64,000 nt of DNA from Azolla caroliniana (GCA_043228905.1 JBHGNT010000008.1:17918001-17982000), one strand, 5' to 3'; positions 24,827-37,310 are shown, numbered from the stretch's first letter. The notes: generated by a model not told the origin, from the sequence alone. Translations and numbers: made by a program.

Positions 24827-27651
24827 GTCGGTTTGAGATTCCACGGCACATGTGGTACCGTGAAGATAACCATCGGCTCAACGACCGTCGGGTCTACGAA
24901 CCCGATCTCTTCCGACGAGAACGCAAAGGTCTTCTTGTGCCTCCTTAGCATTCTCCGAAACCGTTCCTCGGCCGGTAGTAGAAAGCCGCCCCCACCGACC
25001 TTGAGCTCCCATAGCGTTATGTCGGTGAACCGGTGTCCTATGCTAGCCGGATCTCGTAAACTTAGGTTCGACACGACCCCTTTCATCCGTAACTCGCTGC
25101 CCTCTGGCAAGGGTGCCGCGACTGGCCTCACCTTCCGGTCCACAGTCTTGTACTTCGTGTGCACACGGGCCATCCGATCCAACTCGACGCTCTCCCCGAA
25201 GTCAGCGATGACTTCGTACATCATTTCCGAACTAACCAGAATTGTCCGGTCTTCGCTAAGGCCTTCTTCGAACACCTTCTTTAATTCCCCCATGGTGTCG
25301 TGGAAAGAGACCGCCTCCACGGCTCCACCAATCTCATCATCAGGGCCTAGGACTCCGCACGCCCTGAGACGTCCCTTCGCCCGTTTCTTCTCCCGACCGC
25401 TAATGCCAGTATTCGTACAGCCTCCGTTGTCGGAGAACCAAAATTTCCTATCTATAGTACATGGTTTCCTTCCTATGGTACACGTGTGCGGTGTTTCTGG
25501 GGTGTCTGGACTATCGCGGCCCCACGCCTTGATAGCCCTCTCTAAAAATCCCCTTGGATTTCGCCGCAAAGGGTCTCGCGGTTGCGCTCGTGGTTCAGTC
25601 GCACTGTCAGAAATTGGACGAAGTTTCGACCATCCTGGCTCTTCACGCGTGTGTACTCCAAACCGTTATCCAGCACCTTCGTCTCCATGCGTGCTGTCGT
25701 AATGTACGGTTCTCCGAGTATCACCGGATGTGAGGATGTCTCCTGCACGAAGAAGTGTTGGTAAATCTGAACATCACCAATTTTCACCCGTACATTTGGG
25801 CATGCCCCCTTGTAGCTCCTCCGTGGTGCGCGTCGCCACTCGTATTTTCCACCCGTGCTTGGTGTTGATCGGCCACTTGCCCTTCTGTAGAAGTCCATAG
25901 ACATCAGGTCGATCTCCGAACGGTGGTCTACCAACGCCACCACCGGCTCCTGGCTGTCTCCGATCCGAACCGGGGTCTCCCTAGTGGCTCTTGCCCAGTG
26001 TAGCTTCGAATAGTGGCTTTCTGCCAGCTTGTCTTCCAAGGCCATGTCTTCTAACTCCGGCTCTGTCGAAAGCCTTTTTCGCTTCACCAAGTCCATGATG
26101 GAGTATTGGAATTCTTTCTTGGAGATCCCATGCACTTCCCTCAGCAACAACTCCACCTTCCGTAGGTCCGTCGTTCTTTCTATCTCGGTGCTCAACCGGT
26201 AACTGGCTTTCTTTGCTTTATCCAGTGCGCCGGAAGTACCAGTGTCATTCTGCTTCGCCCCGAACTAGGTCTCATACCACTGTGAGGGTCTGGCCCCTCC
26301 GGCCTTCCCCGCACGCTTGTCTTGTACCAGAACCTCGTAGTTTTGCCACGTGGCTTCTACGAAGCCGATCTTTTCCTCGACCGGGTCACTCCACCCGGTG
26401 ACCTACCAGACCCGTCTTTCCACGCGGTCCGCTTCCTCCTTCCTCAACCGCACGTTAGCGAGGCCTTCTAGCACCAACGGCCAAAACCCGGAGTCCTTCG
26501 TCCTCCGGCCTTCATCACTCCCGACGTGGATTCCTGTCGACACCGTGCAGTGGATGTTCTCTGCATGGCGCGCCACCGCTTCTTCCATCAGCCTTTTCAT
26601 TCCTCCGAGTCCAATATTCAGCTCCAGGGCTCTCCGGGTCTCGCTAGCATGCACCCGCCCGTTCTAGAGGTACACCAAGTTAGCCCTTATTGCTTCTACG
26701 AAGTTTGTGCAATCCTTCCGGATGTGACCGACCGCGTCACACCACAAGCACCGATGCCCACCCGGAGGCCTCCGGTCGCGAAACTGCTCGCCGCCGTCCC
26801 TCCTTGCCTGTGCAATCTAAAGGTCTCGTACCATCTGTGTTAGCTCTTCTAGAGCCGCTCCTTTGGATGGGCCCTTGACCATGTTGGTCGAAGTTGAGCT
26901 TGTCTCAAGCCAATCCTAGGTTTCCTCCCTTCACGTAGGCGGGGGTCCCTCGAGCTTTCTTGCCACAACCGCTCTTGTCCCCGATGAGCCCTTGTCAACC
27001 CACTCACGTCGTTTGTCAAAATGGCCGTATACTCTCTTTACCATGGCCCAGTTGGCCGTCAGCCCGTCATCCGTCTCCATTAGCAGACCCACCTGATCTG
27101 GATCCCACACGTCGATGGATTTGACAAACAACAAGACGTAGCTCATGTCCAACACTGCTCTGTCAAGTGCCGAGAGCCGTGCGAAGTGTTCTTCAAACTC
27201 CCAAAGAAGCGCTGACGCATTCATCCCCTTTCCGGGGGTTTTCACCCAATCCATGAAGTTCCGCTTCGATAACCGAAGCACGCCAATAAGCCCGTACCAT
27301 TCGCGGAGCCGCGCTTTGAATTCTCCCCAGGTCCGACATTCAGCCTACACCTCGAGCACCTCTACGTGGATGCCCGGTGTCGCCACCCGAGGGAACCCAG
27401 TCAAACGCCTTTCCTTCGGGATGTCCCTCATCACCATTTTGCCTCGGTATGCCACCAAATAACTCGTGGCGTCCTTCTCATCGACCTGGCCTATTGTGCC
27501 GACAATTGCTTCTATGGCCCTGACGAGGGCGCCCGTGCCGTCGCAAGCACTTACTATCCCATCGACTGCTGCCGCCATGGATTCGGCGAGCTCTGATCCC
27601 CTCATCCTCGATTCCTCTACCGCGATGTTTCACGTCAGGTTCACCAAATAA
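24827..27651 (-). mobile_element. Gypsy element A 5' part (gag, protease, start of pol) with tRNA-Trp-type PBS
   Basis: VALVDHRSEIDLM and ILGEPY protease-like motifs; YKTVDRKVRPV; VPHVPWNLKP. Plus strand TTCACGTCAGGTTCACCA (about 27629-27646) matches the plant tRNA-Trp 3' end as recalled, with 1 mismatch. Confidence 0.85.
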
Positions 27652-28017
27652 TGTCGTGTTATTCTGCACTGGTAGGAGAAATCAAGGCGGGACCGCGGGG
27701 GCCCTGAACCGGGGAATAAGCGAACAGAGGGAGGAGCGACACAAAACCACAGTCGAGCCACGCGCACAAATACACAGAGAACTCACAACGAAGATCGAAC
27801 AATGAATAAGGCAAATATATATATATGATCAAGATTACAGCCGGCTAGCCGGTAAGCGTGAACACGCTGACACCAACTCACACAACGCACACAGTCAACG
27901 CGAGATAGAGCATCTGCCGGAAGCACTTGGGCTTTCCACAAAGCAAAGGCAACCTCCCAAACCCAGCAGAGAACGATGAAAGACAGAGGAGAAGGGCACG
28001 GTCCCAGTCTGATAGCA
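27652..28017 (-). repeat. Truncated 5' LTR of Gypsy A
   Basis: Aligns with 11517-11882, then breaks into Copia sequence. Confidence 0.9.
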
Positions 28018-28032
28018 GTCATATGCCTCATA

Positions 28033-29939
28033 GGAGCCACACAAGATGGGTCTCCCATATGCCTCATATTATACGTAGATGATATGTTACTCTCCGGCCG
28101 GGGTGCTGGAGAACTTGCCGATCTTGTTCGACAACTGTGGTTGAAGTTCACAATGAAGGACCTCGGTCCTACTCGACACATACTCGGAATGAAGATTAGT
28201 TGGCTCCGGAATTAGCGACAATGTTTTTTGTCTCAAGACGACTTCATTAGATGTATCTTGGAGCGCTTTAACATGCAATCGGCCAAATCTTCTTCGATGT
28301 TGCTCCCCATTAATCTTGGATTGTCTCAGCAAGACTGCTTGACATCCGGTACGGTACGGTATACACTAACAGTCGGCTCCTTGATGTACATGTAAAAGAA
28401 TAAATGTGCGGAAACGTGTGCGATAGACACTAAGTACACAATTGGTTTCGGAAATTCGACAGTTAGGTAAACATAGAGAATGGTGATAGATGGAGAGACA
28501 TAGAGAGCAGACAACAATTTCTATTTCGAATAATGAACACTCTGTACATACATTGTGCTCAGTGATCAATTTTTATACAAGCCCTTGACGAGTGGGCTGA
28601 CACAAGTAACATTAGTACTTCAATGCTCATAAATGAACCTAACAATAAATATGTCTACAATATTCCTATTTACTATAATAGGAATATAGACCCTCAACGG
28701 CCTCCGGAATCCTTCCTACTCGCCTCACGGCCCTCGGCCCTTGATTCTTGGTTCTCAGCTTCTTCAACCGAAAACGCCCATGTTGAGCTTGTCTCTTAAC
28801 AGTACACAATAGTCACAACACGACCTGCCATTGCTCATGCCATCGGAGTCGTCACTAGATTCATGCACAACCCAGGATGATCGCATTAGAACGTAGTTAA
28901 GGATGTGTTCAGATATCTGGTAGGCACACAAGACCTTGGCATCCTCTTCAATCCGAACAAGAATTTAGGCGTAGTCAGCTACACCGACTTGGACTTTGCC
29001 GGCTGTGTGGATTGTCGAAAGTCAAGAACTAGATATTGCTTCAAATTCGTCAATGGGGCAATTTTGTGGAAGTCGAAACTTCAAGAGTGCACGACCACTT
29101 CAACGACCAAGGCCAAACACATAGCCATGTCCAACGCTGCGAAAGAGGCTCTATGGCTCGGTTAGTTGGTGTGTACGTTTCGACAAGCCAATCCCAATTT
29201 GGCTCCAATTGTCTACAACGACATTCAGCGTCTTGTTGCTCTATCAAAGAATCTAGTTCATCACAATGCCTCCAAGCATATCGAGGTTAGGTATCACTTT
29301 CGTCAGGACTGTGTAACTTCAGGGAAGCTCGGTCTCAAGAAGATCTCCACGACTGACAACATATCAGATGGGATGACCTAGTGTCTCAGAGCTAACCGAT
29401 TCCGGTCTCTTCGGCATCAAATGGGGTTAAGGAGTAATTCGTCGGATAGAGTCATACAATAGAGATAGCTCCGAAGACTCGTCCTTGACAACTAAACCGG
29501 CTTCTTTTCGGTCTTCATCTATTCGACTACAGGTCGATCTACTCAAGCATCTCTTTGTATAACATGTACATCTTGTTTATATTACAGGGTTCTCCATAGT
29601 GTATACACCCATTATGGGGGAGTGTCGAATATAGGTATATAATGGCCATATTCACACTATTCCTTTGGACAAACTAGGTTTAGGACAATTCTGTAAATAT
29701 GTCAAAGGGTAGTTGCCCTAGCGCAGTTAGTATATAACTAGCTTTGTAACCTAGCTCATGTGGTTGTTGCCTTCATTTTGTTGTAACTCTGAGTTTTAAT
29801 AATATAGTTACATTGTGTGCCTCTGTGCCTCTCTTTCTCACACTCTGTCTCCATGATCTTATTTTAACTAGCTAACTTGGTGATCTCCTTAACATAACTA
29901 TTGTTTTCGTTTTTGCATTGACGGTCTAAAACTCCAACA
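28033..29939 (+). mobile_element. Copia element 2 3' fragment (RT end, RNase H, PPT, 3' LTR about 29623-29939), related to Copia 1 but inverted
   Basis: ILYVDDMLL, MKDLGPTRHILGMKI, SKHIEVRYHF. Same PPT CCCATTATGGGGGAG followed by TGTCGAAT. The LTR end at CCAACA is approximate. Confidence 0.85.
28391..28801. mobile_element. Solo LTR (411 bp) with GTACA target-site duplication inside Copia 2 RT
   Basis: TGTAAAAGA...TCTTAACA flanked by GTACA at 28386-28390 and 28802-28806. Removing it restores GSLMYTIVTTRP. Confidence 0.88.
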
Positions 29940-30678
29940 ATATTGAAGTGCACTATCACATCATCCAAGTGTGCATTTAGGCTAGAGTTGTTGACCTATA
30001 GCACATTAGCACGAACCTTCAGGTAGCCGACATCTTCACAAAAGCTTTAAATTAGGAGTCAAGAAGCTCAAGCAATTTATATTGAACCTTGTTCTAACGA
30101 TAGCCACATTGCCGAGCTTGAGGGGGAGTACAACACAACCGACGAAGCCGACAAGTACATTGCAACAACCGAATAGTAACCAACCAATTGATCGAAGTTC
30201 ACCAACGGAGCAATTCAACTATCAGCACAACCGACCAAGGGGAGTCAAAGCACGAAGCCAAGCTTAGTAATCGACCGAAAAAATGAACAGACGGGCTAGT
30301 TGAACAAGGAGAACAAAGTAGTCAAATGAAGGACAACATATACTAGTCGTCCAATCAAAGTCGACCCGACCAACCATCCAAACAGAGAGAGAAGGAATTC
30401 AGAAAGTTGAAACAAGCCAAACAGCAAGACGACTTTCCGACAACCGAATGTTGTGTTTGAAGGGGCGTGTTGAGAGTCAAACCCAACTTTCCCAATATAA
30501 TGGCTTTTACACTGGCAATGGACACACTAAGTTCAGGTTAATTTTGTAAATAGTAGAAAGGGCAGTTGCCCTAAGTTAGTTGGTATTTAAACCAACTCTT
30601 TTGTAACCTCGTTACTGTTGGATGTATTTTTTGGTTGTAACTATTTCTTGTAATATAGCTTCTTGTTCTCTCTCTCTA

Positions 30679-30713
<35 letters not shown>

Positions 30714-31027
30714 TGTTTGTCTTACAAACACACACACAACTTCCTTCCGCTGCACGACATCACCTGCAATCTCCCTTTCGTTACATGAGCCAAGACCTTG
30801 GTTTTATGCATCGTAAATCACTTCAAGTTTTATGCATTACCCAAAACACTGATATAACCATTACTTACCAAACAAACAATCTCAATCGAAAAGACCAATC
30901 AAATCACTAGTTGGTTGGTTTACTTTGAACAAGGAAGCCATCAATTCTCATAGATCTCTCCTGGGTTTTCTTTTATAGTAATAGGATTAATAGTCTCATG
31001 GCAATAAAAATACTAGAATTCTTAACA
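29940..31027 (+). mobile_element. Copia element 3 3' fragment (RNase H end, PPT, putative LTR 30468-31027)
   Basis: IEVHYH...HISTNLQVADIFTKAL; purine tract TTTGAAGGGGCG then TGTTGAGAG. Putative end ATTCTTAACA is an imperfect inverted repeat. Confidence 0.65.
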
Positions 31028-31769
31028 CTCTCATCTACAATTGAAGCTGAATTTGCAAAAGTAGCATGGGACACTAAAGTGATACTTATAGGTATGATGA
31101 TGTCTATGTGCATTGTATTGTATCTCGATGAATTTAAAGTACTATCGAACCAAGTATAAAAATTGTATAAAATAGATATAACATTATGATCATGGTAGGT
31201 GTTACATTTTATAGGTAGAAGAGATCATAGGGAAGTTTGTAGTGGGAATGTTCATTGTGACCAACTCTCACATGAATGTGTTGTGACCGTCATTGTGAAC
31301 AAGAGACAAGTGTATGTTATATTATTTATTCTAGTTTTATTTAATTATGATAAATTTGTTATTTATATTCATGTCTATTATTTCTAAAATGTAATATTCT
31401 AACAATACCAAATGTTGTAGTACCAGGTTTAGGAGCACTACTACAAGTTGGACACAGGAGACATGTAATGTTACCTACCGGCTTACATGTGTCCTACCGG
31501 CAACACGCATTCAAATCTTTCCCAGATACATTTATTAACGTAATTGTGTGTTTTCACAAAAAGGACACCGAAACTGGAATGATTAATCTGACCATTTATA
31601 AGGGAAGATTACAGAGGTGATTAATGTGAGCGTCCAATGCCCAAAATGTATGTATTATTCAAACGGATAGACAAACAGATATAGTATGACGATGAGGTAC
31701 TTTATGCTGGAAAGATTGATTAGGTCATGGTGCCGCTTGTTATTGATTGTACGTTCATACTACGGGTAT

Positions 31770-32522
31770 TCAAGCCACGCTGGCGGCGAGGGCGTCCACT
31801 TCAGACTGCTCTATGCCGAACGTATTCTGGAGCACCATCCCTGGCAGTGGTGGGTTGGCGGCAAAGAGGGCCACAGCGAGCTGAGAGAGCCCTGGATTCT
31901 GGCTGTTTAGGGCGGCGATGGCCAGCGCTGGAATCTTCTTGTCCAGGTTGATCTGGAAGTGGACGAGGCCGCGGGGGAAGACGAAGAGATCGCCGGGGTA
32001 GAGCGTGGCCTGGAAGAGCGTGTTGTTGGGGGCGGTGGAGACGAAGCCGACGGTGAGCGTGCCCTGCACCAGGAAGAGCACCTCGCTGGCACGCGGGTGG
32101 ACGTGGGGTTGGTTCAGTCCGCCGTTGGGCGGGAAGTCGATGCGAGCGATGGACAGGCCTTGCGTGTTGAGCCCAGGGAAGGTGTCCACAGAGGCCAAGG
32201 TGACCATAGCCGCCTTACTGCCATTGCTGCTTCGCTGGGAGCCACTAGTATAATGAGAATCATATGTGGTTGCTGCTGTTGCTGCAGGTGCTCGCAGCAG
32301 CGTGGACGTGAAGTCCTGGGCTACGACTTTGTGGGCTGGCTTGCAGGTTACGCCATTGATGGTGATGGCTGCAGCTGCATTGGCATCGGCCACACAGAAA
32401 TCTTGCAGCGGGTCCTCGTCCGCTGCGCCCACAAGTAGGCCAGGAGGAGCTGTGACATATAAAGCGACAATAAGGCTGAGGAGGGCTAGCAATCTAGAAG
32501 AAGAAGAAGAAGAAGAAGGCAT
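31770..32522 (-). CDS. Germin-like protein, intronless, minus-type copy 2 (250 aa)
   Basis: DPLQDFCVAD, GLNQPHVHPRASE, FPRGLVHFQ. Poly-Ser N-terminus, longer variable loop. TATAAATA on the minus strand at 32641-32648. Confidence 0.96.
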   Translation of the reverse strand: MPSSSSSSSRLLALLSLIVALYVTAPPGLLVGAADEDPLQDFCVADANAAAAITINGVTCKPAHKVVAQDFTSTLLRAPAATAATTYDSHYTSGSQRSSNGSKAAMVTLASVDTFPGLNTQGLSIARIDFPPNGGLNQPHVHPRASEVLFLVQGTLTVGFVSTAPNNTLFQATLYPGDLFVFPRGLVHFQINLDKKIPALAIAALNSQNPGLSQLAVALFAANPPLPGMVLQNTFGIEQSEVDALAASVA

Positions 32523-33599
32523 GTCTGTTGTTGTTTCTTATATGTGAGGCTGGAGGAGTTTGTTGTTGTTTACTGAATGTGCGTGAATGAGAGACAGTAG
32601 GGAAGGATAAGGATGGGGTAGGAAGATGAGAATGAGGATGTATTTATATACAGACAGAGAGAGAGAGATAGAGAGACAGAGAGCGAGACTGTGTGTGTGT
32701 TGTGTGTGCAGAGCCTCGAGGCAACGCGTCGTTGAATTGAAGGCACGAGAGAGAGGAGGGAGAAATCGTAAACCTGCAGAAAGAAGGAAAGAAAGAATGA
32801 ACGAAAGAAAGAAAAAGTAAAAGGCCTTCCCTCTTCAATTAACTGACTGGCAAACAAGACGGACATCTTCTCTTTCACCTCTCACAGACACATGGTTGGA
32901 AGCACCATTGTTTATTGTTGTAGGATATGTGTGGCTTCCTTCGAATATGTATGGATGTGTGTGGCACCATATTTGTGAGCACAACATTGATCACATCCTA
33001 CATGTGACTAATTCTCAAATGTGTTTTGAGAGTTGCAATGATATGACAAAGTCCCTTACTAACCATTTGCCTATTCCGTTTCACATATCGGCTCGATTTT
33101 GTCACTACCGATGATATGCTACACATTAAAATGTAATAGGCGATATTGGTAGCATATTCTATAATGATTACACCTAATTATGTGATAACAATGGTCACAT
33201 GGTTACTTTTGTACACAGATAAGAGTTACTAGGTGCCACGTGATGTAGAGAGTTGCGAGGTGGCACGCATTAATGGTCTAGCTTTTGCATAAGTAATTCT
33301 ATAGAAAGGGTGTCCTCTTACTGTTTTGCTCTCAAGAACCTCAACAACCAACCAGTGTGTTTACTTGTCTTCCTCATTGCTTGTGTATTTGCTTTTGTGT
33401 TATTTTATTCACAACTCATCTCGCACTTTGGATGTCATTTCACATCCGCGCCATTTTGAACTTCTTCTAGCATCATGATCCCTATTACGAACCTTATTCA
33501 CATTATGGCAGACTAATCAACTACAATTGGAGGGTGTTGTGCTTCGGGAGTCCTTGGTATAAGAACATGGCCCTTCTGTTCCATACACCCCAAGGCACA

Positions 33600-33960
33600 A
33601 TTTAGTCTGGCCTCTCGTTTGGACCTAAATGTAGGATTTAATGATAAACTTGATGGCAATTAGGAACTTATACATGGGTTCATCAAATCAGATCCGCTTA
33701 TCATGTGTCTCTAACCCTAGTGTATATTGACAATTTGAATTTGGTAGGTTTTGCCAATATGCTCCTAATAGGGCCAACATAGGTAGTGTCTACTTCGTTC
33801 ATAAAATAGCCATCACCATTGTTGGAAAACTTCCTCATGTTTTTGGCAAGCTAAGAAGGTACTTTCGGTGAAAATTACAGTTCATGTCTTGTTGTCAATA
33901 AACACTACCACCTACAACAAGGTTCACGCCCAACCTTATTATTATATGCCCATTTGAGTT
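33600..33960 (+). mobile_element. Ancient degenerate Tcn1-like gag relic between the divergent GLP genes (also about 60890-61200)
   Basis: Conceptual translation DKLDGN..HGFI..IRLI..VGF.NML..SPLLENF..FGE..NK..LQQGSRP parallels the gag at 56.7-57.1 kb (KFDG..RGFLNQVRL..SPLLNNF..FGD..NKIRRLRQGDRP). Confidence 0.6.
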
Positions 33961-35346
33961 TTGGCAATTGTCATTCCATGCCATGCCCATTGGATTGAAC
34001 TACCCCTCCTAAGACAACTTGAACAATCCTTACCAAACCAATTACACTCAAATTTGTGACATAGGGATGGGCTCCATCCAACCTACTCACTAGTCACTAT
34101 GCCATGGGAGGAAGTCAGTGGGGAGGATCTTCTCACAATAAGGATTAGGCAAACTTGAAAAGAGGCCCACAACATAGAGATAACCATAGAGTAATTGAAG
34201 AAAGCAAGGGTCAAAGATAATGAATGGTTTGATAGGGACATTGCCTTCAATTGAGAAAATTTAACAAAGAAGCATTTATGTTGGTTTACTATAAGAGCTT
34301 CGACAACCAACACAACTCATACTAAGGTTTAGAAACTAGTGGTTTGCTTCAGATATGGTGATTAGGAGGTCAAATGATAACGTCATTTACCACAACCTTG
34401 ATGGAACAATATTGGTGGTGCCCAATGAAATTTCCAATAAGTGGTAGGAAGACAACCCAAATTTGATAGACATCATCATTGTTGAACATATGCATCTAGG
34501 TAATTTGTAGAGGCCACTTCTATGTTGAAAGATATTGCCTGCGTTTGTGACATTGAATGCAATTATAGCCGAGAGCCATGCATGTTAGATGTATTTACTT
34601 TAATTGAAGAGGACGTTCAAGTTCTATCTTATAATGTGAAAAGTAAAAAAACTAGGTTACATGCTCCATACATAGTCTAATGGGATCTATAAAATGATAA
34701 GGGTGAGATTGTGTATTCTTCGTAGTGGAATGTAGGGGCATGCATTAGGAATCAATGTACAGTGGTTAGCAAGCCGGCAAGCAAGTACACACCTCACCCA
34801 CACACCACTCGTCGACATAACCAATACACTATAGATGCCTTAAGCTTACAATTTCACAAGTATTACATGTAAAGCATCCGATACACCACGAAAAGGCTCC
34901 TCTTGAATGTTGTCAAGAGAGCTGCCCAAAAAATGGTAGAATATCTGAGAAACCATTAAGTTTGGTCCACCATTGATCATTGATAAGAAGCATCTCAAGA
35001 GACGGAGACAGAGACACACACTTAGAAGTTCGGCCACACATCTCTCTCTCTCTCTCCCCTTAGTTTCCGGACGAAGGAAGCAAACAAGTACGCACCCACC
35101 CACCCCCATCGCTACAGAAACACAGACACTCAAGAAATACAAGAGTATACGGCACTCAAGAAATACAAATACGTATATATATACATCTCCTAACCTCCTC
35201 GTCCATCATCCACCATTACACTCTCTCTATCTCTCACACTCCCCCAGCAAACCCTTCCACGCCTCTCGCTCTCCATCTCTGCCATAGCATAGAATAGCTT
35301 AGTGCATATACAACACATTGCTCCTATTATCCGAGAAAGTGAGGAT

Positions 35347-36057
35347 ATGGCTTCCCTCCCCAATTCTGTATTGCTAGCTCTCAGGCTTCTATTTGTAGCT
35401 TTATGTGTCACAGCTCCAGGACAGCTTGCGGGCGCAGCAGACGAGGATCCGTTGCAAGATTTTTGTGTGGCCAATGATGATGATGATGGTTATACGGCCA
35501 TCACCATCAATGGACGCACATGCAAGCCCGCCTACAAAGTCACAGCCGAGGACTTCACGTCCACCGTGCTGCGATCATCGGCCGCAGATCCTCGGCCCAA
35601 CAACGGCGTGCAGGCGATCGTCACCCTCGCCTCTGTCGACAACTTCCCGGGGCTGAACACGCTGGGCCTGTCCATCGCTCGCATCGACTTCCCGCCAAAG
35701 GGACTCAACCCTCCCCACGTCCACCCCCGTGCCACCGAAGTGCTGTTGCTAGCTCAGGGCAAGCTCACCGTCGGCTTCATCTCCACCAACAACACCCTCT
35801 TCCAGGCCACACTGTATGCGGGCGATCTCTTCGTGTTCCCCCGTGGCCTCCCCCACTTCCAGATCAACCCCGACGAGAAGATTGAAGCGTTAGCCATCTC
35901 TGCCCTGAACAGCCAGAATCCAGGGGTGTCTCAGCTTGCGGCCGCCCTGTTTGCCGCCGAGCCACCACTGCCAGGCATTGTGCTTCAGAACACGTTCGGC
36001 ATTGACCAGTCTGAAGTGGATGCCCTCACCGCCAGTGTGGAGGCTACGGTGGCTTGA
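35347..36057 (+). CDS. Germin-like protein, intronless, plus-type copy 3 (236 aa)
   Basis: ATG at 35347 (MASLPNS), the same start as paralog 62640. [13 protein letters not shown] and FPRGLPHFQ are intact. Confidence 0.96.
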   Translation: MASLPNSVLLALRLLFVALCVTAPGQLAGAADEDPLQDFCVANDDDDGYTAITINGRTCKPAYKVTAEDFTSTVLRSSAADPRPNNGVQAIVTLASVDNFPGLNTLGLSIARIDFPPKGLNPPHVHPRATEVLLLAQGKLTVGFISTNNTLFQATLYAGDLFVFPRGLPHFQINPDEKIEALAISALNSQNPGVSQLAAALFAAEPPLPGIVLQNTFGIDQSEVDALTASVEATVA

Positions 36058-36450
36058 GCTAAGGTGGTGGCTCAAATGTCATATAGCATGAGCATCATCA
36101 TCTACGCACCATCTATCCACTGAATAAATGATTGGCGATCGTCCACCATTTGTAATTGTGGTTTATGAATGAACATCCTGGTTGTACTTGCATTGAATAA
36201 GACAGGCACAGGCCTCCCATGTTGCTGACGTACTACTGTAGTTTATGATTGGCGTGTGCACATTCAATGAGCAACAGATATACGTTATAACCACGTTTTA
36301 TTATTGTCTTCTAAAGTCAAATATCACCGAATAGATTGCACATTATGATTGTTAAACATAAGGAAAATTGTGTGTAGGGAGTACGCACTATGTGTGGAAA
36401 ATAATAATAATAAGCAAAATATTAATATTAGCAGTAGTTGGTCTTTTCAC

Positions 36451-37310
36451 TAGGGCCTAAATTTGACGGGTTAGTATTAAAGTTTTCTGAGGTGCATTTT
36501 TTAAAGATGTATCTCATATGACATAAGATTGCAAAAACCAACATGTCATTCGACATTAAAAAATTTAAATGAAAAGCTCCATATAATGCTACATTGTTAT
36601 ACATTTCATTACTATAAAAAGTACAAAAAGATACACAAATCAAGATAACTACCTCATAAAGTTAATGAAATACATAAAATAAATATCGTGTTAACGATTT
36701 TAAACCAAACCACAAACAAGATATGTATCAATAATTATAATCTATTCTTGCAAAGTGGATACAATAAGCATCAAATAGAAAATCATACAAATTGAATACT
36801 TAAATCATAATATATTCCTTATTGCCGAAAAAGATACAAAGATGCTTATCATACATGATTCGTCATACTAAGCATTGTCCAATATGTGTCTACTTTAATG
36901 AAACCATCCTTCTCGCTTTCTCTTCAAACCAAAGGTTAAATATATCGCACCAACAAATGTTTGTTGTCTCTTGAGCATTTAAGGATATAAACATCAACGC
37001 ATCTAATGTTTCCAAAGATAAACCATTTCTAATATTATTTTTTATGATATTTTGACGTGAAAAGCCCCGTTCACATACAATTGTACTAATAGGCATAGTC
37101 ATACATAGTTGCCACAATTGCATCATACCCTGAAATAATTGCCACCAAGATTGTGGTTTGCTACAAACATCCCATGCATTATGCATTCCTCTTCCTTTAG
37201 CAACTCTTACAGGCATACCAACAAAATCTTCGTGTTTATTGAAGCATCTTTTCATGTCAACAATTTGGTAGTATGTATTAAACTTCCCAATAAGTTTGTG
37301 CAACCATTCC
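36451..37310 (-). mobile_element. hAT DNA transposon 3' fragment (dimerization domain ORF 36890-37303); putative end at TAGGGCCTAAATTTGACGGG
   Basis: MPISTIVCERGFSRQNIIKNNIRNGLSLETLDALMFIS is the hAT C-terminal dimerization motif. The same end recurs at about 63800-64000. Confidence 0.8.

Larger units (their letters stand above)
31028..36640 (+). repeat. GLP divergent-pair unit, copy 1 of a segmental duplication
   Basis: Colinear high similarity with 57837-64000 across flanks, promoters, intergenic DNA and the hAT end. Confidence 0.93.

Noticed and set aside
24728-25702. 324-aa plus-strand ORF
   Set aside because: Antisense to Gypsy A pol and begins inside a Copia LTR, so it spans a rearrangement junction.
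35302-35346. N-terminal extension of GLP copy 3 in the ORF track
   Set aside because: It starts at GTG. The paralog at 62640 and the signal peptide support the ATG at 35347.
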